From positions 25,047,504 through 25,111,503 of the forward strand of contig OZ037765.1 of the NCBI GenBank assembly GCA_964035545.1: DNA of 64,000 bases, in the 5' to 3' direction. Within the stretch, counting starts at the first letter, position 1, and every line of letters begins with the position of its first letter. The translations under genes and the position numbers were made by a program. The notes under the pieces were generated by a model. The model was not told the DNA's origin, ran no database searches, and worked only from the letters and a program-made list of their open reading frames with translations. Source of the DNA: Bugula neritina. Taxonomy: Eukaryota; Animalia; Bryozoa. Shown one piece after another: positions 1 to 15,100 of this stretch.

Positions 1-147
1 TTTATGTTTCATGTATATCAGATTTCAAAACAGAATAAATAATTATTGTTTTATTAAAACAGTTTTGAGTTTTATGATATTTTCAAGACTGTAAATATAT
101 AGATTATAATACATTGAACAAATGTGTAATAATTATGCTTTTTTCAG

Positions 148-3100
148 ATGTTGTGCATGCTCAACTGCTTCAAGGTATACCGTCAACACGTGTCAAGCAA
201 GTGGCTTATGGTAAGACTATTGCAGTCACTTGCTCCCCAGACTCCACAACAACGGCAATTGATTTGAAGTGGTACGGACCCAATCAATACTTTCCAGCTT
301 CCAATGAAAAGTACCTAATAAAGTCAAAAGCGCTCATGCCACTGGAAGAAGATGGAAGTTCCTCTAGGTTAATATGGCGTAATTGTTGTGTGCAAATCAG
401 GTTGTATAACTGGAATTGTGAAATTTAAGATGTTTAAAAACTTGTTTATTTTTTGCAGAATCTATACAGAGCCAAATGGTAACAGACTAAAGTTGATTAT
501 ATCAGAAATACGATCTATTGATACTGGTACATATAATTGTACTGGAAAAGTTACCAATATTCCGTCATCGTGGAGCTTTGAGTTGCAAGCTTTTGGTAAG
601 GTAGCAATTGTTTCATTTAAAGACTATTTAAAGTTTTTTCAGTTGAAGCAAAATTTATCAGTTGAGCTAAACAAAAAACTGTTTTTTGTTGGTGTATGTA
701 TGTCTGTTATTCTCAAAATTATTCTGCTAGTAGGTCTAGTGAATTAATCTGTTAGTCACTTGTTTTAGAAACAAATTTGCCCTGTCTTCGAAATGGCTGC
801 TAATTCAAGCAAGTGATATTCTTAGATTATTGCGAGCTAAATATTTGCTCTACTTTTTGACTTGAATGTTGAATTACTGTATATCTCCTTCAATTCAACT
901 TATATTTGAATTTTTTATTCAAGTTGGACTAAATGTCGAAGCCGATGGTCAACAGATTCTTGTCCATGGAGAGAACTCAAAAATACACTGTAGTGTTACT
1001 GCGCAGCCACCCCCTGAAACTTCATGGTACTTCAACAACAACTATATTGATACTCAAGGTATAAGATTCATACTGCCATGTAATTTAGCCACTTGTGATA
1101 TCACTTATATTGTATTCCTCGATCATGCCATAAAAATAAAAAAGTTGTTTTCTATAGTTTTTAAACCCTATTCAGTTGCAACTTGTGTTTTATATCTAGT
1201 ATTGTAAGAACCGAAAAATTATTGATCTACTGAAACTGCTAATAGCCTACTATTATCCAACATTCAATCAATTTACAGCACATATGGATAGATTTGAGTA
1301 GACAATGTGATCTATTCAACTTGAAGTGTAAGTGTGTCTCTAGACTCTAGAGGATGACAAATATTTCATATCCCTGGCATGCCTATTGAACTTTGCATCT
1401 TGTATCTGCTGGTCCTTACTGTCAACATCTCCACTCTATCATACTTTAGGTTGTACTATCATACTAATATAACTTGCTAACACTCTAAGGTTATCACAGT
1501 TGAAGCTCCTACTGTTTAGTTTTATTTTATACTTATGACAAATAATACAAAAGTATCATTGTACTCATTGCATGCTCACATGTATGATAGTAATCTATGC
1601 TTTAGAGTTTAGAGTTTGGCAGTAAACAGAGTAATAAATAACCTGTGTACAAAATGCTTGCTTGCTCCATAGTTTATGAAACTAAATTTACTTTCAGTGT
1701 ATTCCCCTATTGAAACTTTATTGTATATTCAAGATGCATTCATAATGTTTTATTTAAAAAAGTAGTTTCCATTCCACTTCACATCAAAGAGAGTTCAAGT
1801 TAATGAAAGTATGTTGCAAACTGACAAAAATTAAACCATGGAAAAATTTCAAACTAGATAGTAAACCTTGTTCAACGTGACTCAAATTTAAAATCAATTT
1901 AGCAGAATTTTTTTAGTGTAGCTAATATCAACCTCGCATGACAGCTACTCATGATTTTGTGTGAAGTTGTTTAAATAAGAGAAAATTAAAAAGTAGAGCT
2001 ACAATTATACTGATAGTTAACGTTTTTATTCCCTGGTAAGTTCAGCATGAGCATTTTTATCATAGCAAAACAAAAAGTGCATGGCTTCTAAATCACCTAA
2101 TATTTGTAATCTAACTTTTTGTCAAAGTAAAACCTGCTTAGTAGCACTTAATATTAGGGTTAACCATTGAAGTTAGAAACCATACCGGAATTATATACAA
2201 GTCAAACTGAGGCCGAGACTTTGATGTGATTCTGGTGGCAGTTTGAAAAATTCTAAAAGATTCTCCATTGTAGACACTGTATATTTATTTATATATACTC
2301 ATCATTAGTGGCCGCATCCAAGTTTCTACTTGCCTAATTTTAAGGTTTTCGCGATTTTCATTGTTCACTGTTCAATACTAAAGCCGCGCAGTGTATGTTG
2401 CAGCCTCTTCAAGATATGAAGTAGTTACAGACGGTCTCATAGTGTATGGGGTTGGCTTTGGTGACAATGGAACATACGAGTGTCAGGGTACTGAACTGAC
2501 CACAGGTGATACAGACAAAAAGCGCATCACTGTGAAAGTTGTTAGTAAGTTATTCTGCATCTAACTATTGTGTACATCTTTACTGCAGATAGATTACACT
2601 AATATAGATTAGTTATTGATCGTGTACTAGTTGCACTGCTTATTTTCTCCTTCACTGTAGCTTGTCTTATGTGATAGTATATATGTTCTTACCAGCCACC
2701 ATTTTTCATGCATATGCAGTGCTATATGTTTTTTTAGTTGCTGTTTTCTTTACATTTTATCTCAGGATTACTTTAAGGGAAATAATTATGTTTCATTCAG
2801 TTACAATATTCTCTGTTTTAGTGGTTTGGTGTTTTTTGCTTTTGAACTTGAAGTCACATAAATTTAACAAAATTTACTCATCCTATGGTGTTTAGAAGTG
2901 GTTGTATTATTGTGCTCATGTAATTTTGTAGCTCGTCCAGTGATGGCTGTAGCACCTGTTAATACAACTGGCGTGCAGTCTCGAGATGCTCAAATCCTGT
3001 GTAGTGTTAGCTCTGTGCCCCCACCCACATATAGATGGTACTTGGTAAGTAGGCTAAATATCTCCCATGATTAGTCAACAGCATATACATTGGCCTGCAG

Positions 3101-6100
3101 GTAGACTCTTCTACTAAATTTTATGCTAAATAAAAGCTGCAATTACTGTACTATGAAAGTTGAGATGCAATTACAGAAGCAATTGCAAATGATTCAGGGA
3201 AACTCTATGGATTATGGAGCTGAAGTGGGAACAATAGCAGATCATAATCGATATCGTCCATCATCAACAGATGGCACTCTGACAATAACAAATGTGCAGT
3301 TGGGAGATGAGAAGTGGTACTGGTGTGAAGGTCGGAATGAGGCTGACAACGTTTTTGGCAAAGCTTTCTTTGAAGTTCAAAGTAAGAAAATATGTCCCTC
3401 AGATGACTGAAAGCTTGTATTAGATCATTGGAATCTGTTGATGTGGGCAGTCTACATATATTTTCAGTTCAAACATGCTTCTTCAAGTAACTTCTGTTAT
3501 TTATGAGTAATATAATCTGTTGAACAGTCAGTGTCATTAGTGGCCATCATTTTTTTTAGTGATTCCAACATTTGAAAGAAGTTTAAATTTAAACAACACT
3601 GAGACTCGTGAGGGCAACAAAGCAATAATGATATGTCAGTGTGAGGCCAAACCAAACCCTAAGATGAGATTCCATCGAGTTGGCTATGCTGCGCCTTATG
3701 TCAATGGTGTTCAACCCGTAAGTTTCAAGCCTTAGCCCTATTGGCATATCAGAACATGTATATGTGTATATTATATGCAATACAAGTACATATTCTTAGT
3801 TTTGTATTCATTGTGTAGTATAGATACTTGGTAGTATTTTTAAAGAAATTGATGAGTGATAATTTATAGGTAGAAATAGTAAATATCATTTGGGTCTTTG
3901 TGTAAAGGAGAGAAAAGGAGTCATATTTCATCTCAAGCTGCGCTGTGTATTCTTTCGTTCACAATTATACACTAGTGTCTTTTAATTTAATGAATTTCTT
4001 CTTTAAATGTAAATGACTGTGAATTTTCATACTGGTTTTACAGTTGAAACTTAGAAATTTTTATCACCGTTATATACGACTCATTTTATGAAGAACAAAA
4101 GTGCAAACTGTATGCCTCATCACGCAGTCTTGTGTACTTTCAATAAACATGGCTGACTGAGTCAACTCTACTGTGAATTCAAGTACTGGTGTGCCGTGTC
4201 TGTTAGTTATTGAGAAAGTGTTGCATTTTAATTGTGTATTTATTTTTTGTAGAATGATTCGAGAATTAACATTTATGAGAAATCATCAGCTGCTTCTCAT
4301 GAGAATCAAGAAATAATACCACAGGAAGTGGTGATTGAGATTGAGAACACAAATCCTAATGATACAGCCAACTATACTTGCATAGCAGAAAACTCAGCTG
4401 GCAGAAATGAAACTACAATGATTATAATTATTCAGCGTAAGTTGTTCTGAAATTACCCACATCAATAATGCGTTTAACCAATAAAACAATACAATTGTGC
4501 ATAATCAATATGTATGTATATGAACATTAATATGATTTAACACACAGGAATTTATTTATTCATCTCATAAATATATGAAGTTTATACAAGGACCTGCCTA
4601 ACCAGCTGGTGTGATTAATCCATGAATGTTGCTTTTGTTAAAACATAAGTGGGCTGATTAAAAAAGAAATATTGAATAGGTCTTAGTATGCTAAATGCCT
4701 GCTTTATAAAGATGAGAAGTTTTACTATATTTTCTAGTTGATCTCACTTAAACTTGCCAAGTGTATAAATTGTTTGCAGTTTACATCTAACCTGATCGCA
4801 AGTGGAATTTTGCTTAAATATAATAATAGTCTTATATGCATATATTTGAATGTGATGTGTGGAGTGACCATTAAGAACCATCCTTTCTGCATACGTAACA
4901 CTTATATATTGTAGTTGCTATCTCTAATTGAAGTGGATGTTTCAAGTTTATTGCATGTATTAATGTGCATATCTTCTTTGAAAAAACTGCACCTGTGTGT
5001 TTGTATTTTAGATGAACCAAATTTTGATCTAACTCCACCATCTCTCCTCACCCAGTGCATATGGGAGGAGCACCCTAGGAATGTCACCGTCCTTCTATCA
5101 GGATTCCCTCAGCCGAGTGTCTCCTGGGCCAGAAGTGATGGCAAACAGATCTCTCCGGATCAGACCGCCTTCAAACAGTACTTTGAGCCTTACTGGGAAA
5201 ATGGCAGACGTGATGAGTGGATGGCAAACTTAGAGGTCTGTGGTCTCCTCACACTGGATATGTTATGCGGTTTGCGGAAGTGCAAAAAGAAAGAACTTGT
5301 ATATTCATTGGAATATATCCTTTAGTATTACAAACCGTATTTTAATGACGTGTAAGTCGTTTTTTATTTCATTGCAGATTAACTGGGAGGTAACTAAAGG
5401 AGGCATTCAAGGACAATATAATCCAGTTGGAAATTATTTCCCTAAGGCTTCTAATAACTTGGGTGCAGTAGATTTTACTATCAATGTGGTAGAGGCACAA
5501 CTTCCTGGCCGGGTTGGTGGTTTAAATGTCACCACCAAGACTGCCCAGTCTATCACACTTTTCGCTCGTCCACCTGTGGAAGAGAATTGCATTCCAGTTA
5601 TTGGATTTGAAATCATGTACAAGTTACATGGCACCAATGATGTCCACCAAATTGCGCTGTTTCCTCTAGGTTGGTTTTATTTTTGTGAATTGTTTCGTCA
5701 TGATCGACATTGCCATATTTTAAAGCTGAGGATCGCATCTGTAGTGTCAAATAATGTTTGATTCAGTTTATGCATTCGTACTCTCTGTGTTTTTGTGCCA
5801 GTACTAGTCGTGACTATATAACATGTATGCTCAATACGGTGTGTCACGCAATCCCTTTGCGTCCTCTTGAAGACCTTCTGCTGAAGAATTGATCTAAATG
5901 ACTTGTTTGTTACAGATGCAGGATCGAGCATGAAGATAGATAATTTAAAATCAGGCTCGTCATATTCAGTGTTGGTTTATGCGAGAAATGAGAGAGGCAG
6001 GGGAGAGTATCCCAATTCTAAGATAATAGAGACTCTGCAATCTAGTAAGTGTGTCAATCTCTCCGGGAATATGGTGCATATGTGTGCAGCTGTATCATGT

Positions 6101-9100
6101 AATCAGTATACCAGTTTACAAGTCTGTGTAATTCTTGCGTTCAAGTGAATTTTTCTAAATGGACAGGGGGGAGGGATTTTTGTCATGATATTTCTTGACT
6201 CCGAAAACTGAAATCGTGTCAGTAAAAACATTAACAAATAATTTTTTAACACAAACTACATAACCATAAACCTGAGTGTAAATACTTTTCAACAGAGCTG
6301 GGGTGATCTTAACTATCATATGCAGAATGTACTTGCATGTGGAAGTTCTGTTTTATTATGAAATTATCACAAATGAAGTGCAATAATCACATTTCATATC
6401 TTGCTTTATGGTTGAATGAAAAATATTGAAAATTTTAACCACATGTAGGGTTCACATGTTATTACTCCATTTTGTCTCCTTACAGTTTTTGCATACATAG
6501 GCATATTTAAATGATCTGACCAAATTAGACAACTCAGTTATATTTTAACTAGATGGTCAATTTTTGAAACTCCTTTGTGATGCTGTAATATAACTATTCC
6601 AATTTGTTCATTTTAGCTGTACCTGAAGTTGTTTCAATAACATCGTCTACAGAGTCTCTGTCCAACGTCAGTCACCAAGTGGTGTGGGAGATGCCCCTTG
6701 ATGGTGGTGAACCCATCACCCAGTACCTTGTTAGCTGGCGGGAGGTAAAACTGTCTAATCAAATACTAATAGTATAACACAGTTACCCTTGTATATGGGA
6801 TCACACATGCTGTTATAGTTTTACCTCTTTCTAATCACAATGTTAGTTTCTGGGACTGCTATCGGATGTTTCCACTTGTATAAGTTGTATAAGTTGTATT
6901 TCCTTGATCCTGGTTGTATGTTCTGTTTCATACACAATCACACGATGGAATAAGATTCCTTATGTTTTTCTTATAAGCAAACCAAATACATCTGAAAGGA
7001 ACCTTTAGACTTGTTTTAGACTTAGGATTAGCTTCTCGCATTGTTTGTGTTCACTCGCCATAACCAACCCTTTTACTGCTTGACTACACTGTATTTCATC
7101 ATCATGATTCTGCTTAAACTAAAACCATAAATTAGGAAAGTTGAGTTAATTTATATTTATAACTAGTTTTAAAATGCATATTGTCTAGAAAATAGTTTCT
7201 AGCATTGACAATTTGAAATATATGTCAATAAAGCATAGCTTTAGTGAGTTCCAATATGTTTATACTAAAAGTAAATATATGGGAATATATTCTCATTTTA
7301 CAAAAGCAAGTTTGATTTAGATTGTTAATCAAATTTACATCCGCTCTATACAGTACTTAACTTGCAATATCTGCCCTTTTGAAGCTCATTAGGTGGACAA
7401 TAGATGTTAAATGCCATCTTTTAATAAGGTAAACCACAATTTTGTTACAACACATACATAAATTAAAAAGATAGCTCTATTAACCTTTTTTTTCAAAGTT
7501 TTTTGTTATAATCTCTGGCAATAATTTAATTTGTAATATCTGCTTATATATTTTATTATAAAATCCATAATTATATTGTTATGTACACCACACCTGCCAG
7601 CCTATACTCTATACCTACACTACACCCAACCATTTAGAGCTTACAGATGATCTAACAATCAGTTCCTCCCATCATAATTATTAGCTTTCTTGAGAATGGG
7701 CTAGGGCAGGGTAGTTCTAGGATCTTGTTGGTGTAATTTTATAGAATTGTGGGAAGTTTTCTAGAACAATGTATTTCATCATGCTTTGTTGTATATTTCA
7801 AAATAGTAAGCAACATATGTGCAGTTTCTATGTTATTCACAACATATGATGTTATTCAAAGCACACATTCTACCTCCGCTGATAAGATAGTATGTTTTCC
7901 TTGTAAAATCTATGGACATGACTACAGCCACATCGCATACCTGGGGTTATCTAGCTCTTAGTTCCCCATGATTAGGCATTATAATAAATATGATATTTCT
8001 GCTTATTCATGTGCTCATTCAGTGCTCTCCATTATTTCATGGTCTGAATAATTTGGAATAGAGGCTTATGATTGGCCCGTGTGTTGATGGTTGTAGGTTG
8101 GAGCAACGGTTTGGAATAGCAGAGAGATATCAAGTGGTTCCCTCTGGTGGACAATTCCTAACCTCCAGCCCGATACAACGTATGAGGTGATGGTGCAAGC
8201 CAGGAATAGGAAAGGGTTGTCTGCTAAACCTAATCCTCCCAGTACATTCCGCACACGCCCAGGTATCACTACTAGTTAATACAGAACCCAAGGCATGGCT
8301 CACTACTTAACCCTATTTCATGCACCTTTCTTACTAACAATCACATTAACATTGCTTTACTTTTTTGAAAATTTAGTTTTCTTTGACAAAAAAATTCCCA
8401 ATATCAACAATAAATAGTAACTGCTATTAAAAATCGTGCAAAGTTGTAATTAACAAAAGTAAATTATACTAATATATAATATTTTCTCAATAACTAATAA
8501 CCGATTGAACATCTTGAGATATTTATGGTTAAAACAAAGTTTAAAAGTCGGGCTACTTTACAGTCACATTGCCACTGGGCACTTTTTATTTTCCTATTAC
8601 AGCTTGTCTTAATTTGAATCTAATAAATTGTGGGTGGGGGGGGGGATGCTGATTTTTGGTATGATGGTTTATTTCAAGAATTTGGTGCAATGTAATGACA
8701 ATGGAGGATGTTGAAGGTATGGAATCAGAATTAGACATGTTCATCATTACAGTGATAGTATCTGTAAGCATTCTAAAAAGTGATGAAGTAATGATTGTTA
8801 TAGCAGGATATCTTTCCTTATTAATCACCTAATCAAGTTCCAAACATTTTTGTAACATAACCTACCAGTTCACAAAGTTCCTAGCAACTACTTTTTGTCA
8901 TTACTAGTATTTTTCTCCATTTTTTATATAAAAAATCATTGAAAACATTACAATTTGCCATTTTTTATTACAATGTTGCCTTCTCTACTCTCTAATTTTG
9001 TCAGGCTGTAAACAGGAATATTATTTTTCTTGAAATGCAGATATTAAAAGTTGTAATAAGCAGTAAGTTTGTTTTGGTTCCTGTTCTCACTCTCGTTCAA

Positions 9101-12100
9101 ACTGTTACTATTTGTTTATGATTTCAATTTTTGTGTTGAATTTTACTAACACTTAACAATAGATAAACTAATTAATTTGTAGTAACATTTATTGCCAGTT
9201 CAAGGATATAGGTATTAAAAGTTTGAAGTTTTCAAATGTATTTCTTCTTATGAAGATGTTATTGTGTGGTAACAAGTTGTCAGTCTAATAAGGAAAGAGA
9301 CTCTTCAGCCTACAGGAACTGTTGAGCTGTCCACCCAGCAGCTATCAGTTCATTTTTCCTCTATTGCAATTTAAGGAAGTAATTTTAGTAGAGACTATTT
9401 CCTGCATGTTACTGTGCTCACTGAACTCATGATTAAGCAAATGCGTTTACTAGTTGCTAGTCAAGAATTTTATTAACCTTAAAAAACCTAAGCTCTAGCA
9501 GTTTCAGTTTTGGGGTGAATTTTAGTTATTTTTCTCTTTTCTAATAGACTTTTCCTAGTAGATAAAAGAGATATTCCAGTTCCTTTATTGAACTCAAATT
9601 ATGACAGTTTGTGACCAGGTTGTGCCTTGCCCGCAGCAATCATACTAGTCAATTCAACAATTATTCCGCCAGCTACTGTACCATATCTCCATGTTGTAGT
9701 ACAAGTTCTTGCTACCATGTGGTTTCCTCTAGCACTTGACTCATGTGATTGTGTAGCAGCATTCTATGTATTATACCATGTTGAGAAGGTAGATTGTCTC
9801 TTCTCACCTGCTCTTATTCCAGTTCTGTGCTAATGTGTCTACCATATAGTCATCTCTCTCAACCTGGCCATCATAGGCCTCTTACTAAATGGAGCAAAGC
9901 TGTACAGAGTTTTATTATAGGAAAAATGTTTAAAACTTGATCGACATTTTACAAAAGGAATTGGGTATTGTCATCTGCACACTTTGATCAATGTGAAACT
10001 GTTCACGTTTTTCTAATTTTAGGTCATGACTATTTAAGCGTGGTATGAACATTATTTCACAAGTATTTTGTTCCCCAAACGTAGAGAAATTATGAGTTAT
10101 AAAACTTATTTATACTCAAACAAAAATGGTTTATGTTACAGTTCTTCTTGGGCAAGTTATTGCTGATTATAGCATAAACAACTTGCTTATGCTTAGTGGT
10201 GTAATATTGCATCACCTGAGGTCATTAGCTGTTGCTGATGTCACCATGCCTACACGTACACATGATTTACACAGTGTGCAAGTATAACTGTAGCACTAGT
10301 ACGACTTGGAATATTCTATCAGACCATGATTGTGTCAACAATGACATAGCTAAATGTATGCTAGGCTCTGCAATGGATGCTACCCAAAACTTTAGTTCTA
10401 CTTCAACTAAATATTCTAATTTTTCATACAACAGGCCCCTATTCAGTTTTAAGAGTATTTTGTGTAGGTTGGTTTTTGGCTGATGAAATGTGGTTTATGC
10501 ACAACCAGCAGTGTGCTATTAATCACGTAGCCTGTGTTATAGACTTCTCATGCTTTTGAATGACTCTCCAACTCAACTGCCCAAAATAATTGGCAGTCAT
10601 GTTTTTATAACTGAGATTTTTAAAGTCATAGAAGTATGGACTGCCTGAAGTAAATTTTTTCAGTGATGCTACTTGTGACTTGCAAGTTATGGAGAATTTC
10701 CTGCCATTGTTTTTAGCTATGCAAGCATATAGAAGGTGCAGGCAGAAACGATAAGCTATTACTGATGAACTGCGGTTTCTATGTAGAAATTTGTACCATC
10801 ATTCAAGTTTTATGTTTTCAGAATTGCATCGTCAGTATTTATATAGCTAGCTCATGTTGTATCAACACAATTTAACTCTTAAACCATTAAAAGAGATAAA
10901 TTATCGTTCTTAGCTCTGACTGCCTACAAAAGCTATGAATACTTATGTGAAAATACTGATCCATTAGAATTAAACAGCCTACTTGGATGGAAAGTGCATT
11001 TTTATTTCTGCAAGCTTAAAATATATACAGCAGATTATAGCATACACTAGTCATGTAGGTATTTACTGAATGTCATTGAATTTCTAACTGGTGCATCCTA
11101 TCACTTGGTAGGTGACACCAATGTTGGTTATTCACAGCAGACGGGTCACTTGCATTTGTGTAATCAACTAATAACCTTGAATCATTAGACTGGGATCTTA
11201 AGAAGTTGATTTGCTATTCTTCCTGCTGGCAAATTGATTGCAACTGATTCTGCTAATTATCAGAAGGCTGTTTCAGCTAAGCTTTGAGATTATAATATAG
11301 CAATATCCTGGTTGCAATGAGCTAATAGCACTAGTGTTGTTAGCAATTAAATTTTCCTCAAAAACTTTTTCCTCTCGTTTAAAAAAAACTGCAGAAAGCA
11401 TTTTTTTCTCTGGTCAGCCGTTTTTTTTAAATTCTGAGATCTAGTTTTTAAATCTAGTAAAGGTAGAATATTGAGCAAATCTTTATAGTGCATTTAACTG
11501 CAAATCTTGCCAGTGTGTCTCTTTACAGGCCAATAAATTGATAAATTGAGAAAAAACTGGCTGTTTCTGGTTTTATTATTTGTTATAGAAATTGTGAAAT
11601 ACTATCTCTGATTAATAGTAGAGTAGCTGGAAGTGGGATTATATATTACATGCTATAGTAGATCATTCTGTTGCAGGTTCCACAGGTCCATCTGCAGGGC
11701 GATTCTCCAACCTGAGCTTACCTGTTGAAATACATTACCTGGTGATAATAGGAGTCATCGGTCTGTTCATAATCCTCGTTGCTATAGATATGATATGTTT
11801 CTGCTCAAGAGACTGGGGTTTGCTGGCCTGTATTTGCACCGGCACCAGTTCTTCACCAAAGCATCCCGTAGGGGATATTATATCTTTAGATGATGCCGAG
11901 TATGTATAATATTTCATATTTACGTAAACACGGATTACTAATTTATCCATTTTCTAATGCGCATTGTGTGAAATCATTCTAAAGTAGCACTTTTTCTGCG
12001 AAGAATTAAGATATATGGGTCCTGGTGTAAAAATAAGCAATTGTAAGCTTGAATCAATACGATAGTTAAATTTATCTATCAGCACTTTTTTCTCACAAAC

Positions 12101-15100
12101 AAAACAGCTGCGTGATATCATCAACTTTCATATAAGGAAAACCCATACTTGGTTGAAAGTATTTTATTTGAAAAGTGATATGTTGGTTTAATTTTACTTT
12201 GTAATGTGGCATGAGTTTGCGTTGAATTTCATTGTTCCAATGAGTCACTTAACATAATGCAGGTTATGAAATTAAACTAGTCAAATAATGGAGTTATGCA
12301 TGAAGGTTCACTTGAAGTGTTGTGTGTTTCATAACTCATCCATCACGTGAAAGTCTAAAAGTCTAAAAGTGCAGGTCACATTTTAATGATTTTATAAAAG
12401 AAAAGCCTCTAGGCTACAGTTGGCTAAATTAAAGTTCAAATCACTGTACTAGAATGGTCTCATGAGCTGAGGGTTTATTGTGTGAATTGCTGATTCAAGG
12501 TTAAGTAACAGTACCAGGTAATGCAGTGCTATTGATAAGTGTTGAAGTATAATATTGAACCAGTAGTGCACTTGAACCTATTTAATATTTATAACTCACC
12601 TTGTTGGTTTTATCAAATTCAGTGCCGGAGTTTAACTAAAGTATAGAAGGATTATGTTACCTTTTTCTCCTTATCGCCTATGTTCTATTCCAGAGGCATA
12701 TAGGGCATACCATAGCTTATTTTAAAATTGATTCCCCAATGTCGCTACATAAAAATTTATATGGGTGGAATCTATTAAAGTTGTAGCTTTCTTCATATTG
12801 ACCAACTTTCATTATGATTACTATAAATAGGAGCTAAACACTGCAGGTAATCCAAGACTTGATTTAAGTTTGTTGATGCTTAATAAACCTGCATGGTTTA
12901 GTATAACTACAAGTATATTGCATTCCTTTATACCCCTATCGATAGTAAACTACACCTCAAAGCTTGCGGTGATGCCTGTTTTATTGATTGAAAGCACTGA
13001 AACGGCCAAAGGCTGGGTTAAATAAGTTATCAAGTATAACAGGATCTGGAGCACACCCAACACTATCATTTGCAGCTCCACCCTTAACGCCAATACACAG
13101 ATTAATGCACTGTTATAATAGCCTAGTAACCACGCCAGTGACTCTAGGCTAGCATATCATTCAGTAATTAGCTCATTCACAAACCCTTATTATAGGGGTT
13201 CAATGCCACTTTCTCACTTAGCTGTGTTCTGCCATCTAGGTGATGGTTTATTCCATTTAAACTTATAAAAAATAGTTTCTCTTGAATTTTGGTTATGGCA
13301 ATTTTTCTGCATTAGGATATAAAATAAAGCAAGCGAATTTAACAATTGCCATACAATGCCTAGTAATTTCTTGTAATAATTAAGTTGAACTACAATTCAC
13401 TCTTCAAAACCATTTTAACACGAGCAGTAGGCGTCTGATATATACACTCTCTTATTTACCAGAAGTCGATCACTGACCAGTGATGTAGATTTGGCTAGCA
13501 AGACTCCAGCTGCAAGAGAGACATCATTGTAAGCTTATTTCCAAACACACCATACGCTCAGTCTGCCTGCTCCGTTTACCTTCACCTGTTGGCTTTCCCT
13601 TTCTTATGTTAATACGTTTAAGGTCCGGCATTGTGGTGTCTTCCTCAAATAGAATGTGTCAACTTGAGCTCTGTAGGAGCAGCTGCTAGATCCCGTATAA
13701 GATTACATGGTTACTGTCAATGTTCTGTGTGATTGCAGCTCAGTGACCACAGCTGGCTCTAGAGATCCCGCCACTCATGGTCAAGAAAATAAAGTGTATC
13801 AGTAAGCACTTCTCAGCCACTATAGCACTCCTCACTAATGATTTCACGCTTTCATATATTATATCGAAGCTTATTTTTACTCCTCGGTTGATTGTTTGAG
13901 CTTTACGTTGTTTTTCTGGCGTTAGAATCCTCCCCACTCGTACCATGCTTTCTGCAGCTTGAGTGTGTTAACTAAAAATTGTGATTTTTATTGTTGAGGT
14001 ATTGGGGAGCTGAAAGCACTTTGGTATTTTTGACCATGTAGTGGCATGCCTTCCTGCTTGCACTAACCGTAGGTTAGAGGTGCTAACACTTATCTGAAAT
14101 GTGTCTTGCTCAATAATCTTAAATTTTGTGCACCGCTCTGTATTTGATTTCTGACATTTGTGAAATTCAGTATCTTTTGTCTTGGTAAAGGCTGTTAACC
14201 CTCATTGCCTAGCCTTCGGTAGCTCAAAACTAAATTACTAATTATTTTCTCAACTTCCAAGAGCCTCATTGATTGCCTAAAATCGATGTATAAGTATGTA
14301 CTGCCCACATCATTACGCCTAAACTGTTATCAAAGGAAGTTTTAGTGTAATAATTCAATCTCTAGTTTTTCAAGGAGTTATTCGAGCATTCAGCATGTTT
14401 AAGGATCTTCAGCTATAAATAGTTGGGTGAAATTAGATTTTAACTCAATTTTTACACTAAAATCGTAACAATTTCTAACTTTATTTTGGAGTGGGCCTTT
14501 GATTTTATGTAGATTTCACCAACACATTTGTCATAGTTTTGGATGATGAGATTTTTTTGCATTTTAAAGCAATCCTAATTATGCAATTGATCCATGATCT
14601 TCATTTTCCTTTAGCAGCTAGCTTTTCCTTTTCATTGGCCGAAATTTTAAAACTTTACCCTGCACAGCTTTGTGGTGTCGTATATACATGTAGCATATCC
14701 AGAGCTTATAAGGTTGCTAAAGGGTTGAAGCTTAGAAAAAATAGCGCCTTCTTAACGGTGGCAAATATTTCACCTACACATTAGTTTTGCCTTGCATCAT
14801 GTTATTTACTATTAATACACACCAAGCTGTTATTTCTAGGTACAACAGTCAACAGCCTGGTGGGAATGCCCTGACGTCATTTAGGTCTGCAGCTAATGGG
14901 TCTGCAGTTGAAGAGGAGCCATCTTCCCATGAATACATCAACACAAGCAGATTGAACAGGCCACCTGTGGCCACTGCAGGGCAGCTGTCAAGAGAGGTAC
15001 ACTGAACTCCTAATAAAGCTTGTATCGTAAATCTACTGCTTGCAATTTACATTTCGTGTAATTTGATGTTTATCTGCCACTGTACAGAGGCACGCCCAAC

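Noticed and set aside
1209-1327. Possible decayed duplicate of the Ig2 second-half exon (…TANSLLLSNIQ…SIQLEV, followed by gtaagt)
   Set aside because: It has several in-frame stops, needs a frameshift, and lacks a DxGxYxC motif. The resemblance may be chance.
8632-8645. G-run as a G-quadruplex
   Set aside because: A single short homopolymer with no other support.
9005-9120. Hydrophobic frame ending …FVLVPVLTLVQTVTICL* as a GPI exon
   Set aside because: It is open only in phase 0, but the upstream exon ends in phase 1. AT-rich DNA yields hydrophobic peptides by chance.
13740-13946. Minus-strand ORF as a Tc1/mariner transposase N-terminus
   Set aside because: No DDE/D domain or terminal inverted repeats were found. 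The adjacent sequence looks more like LINE debris.
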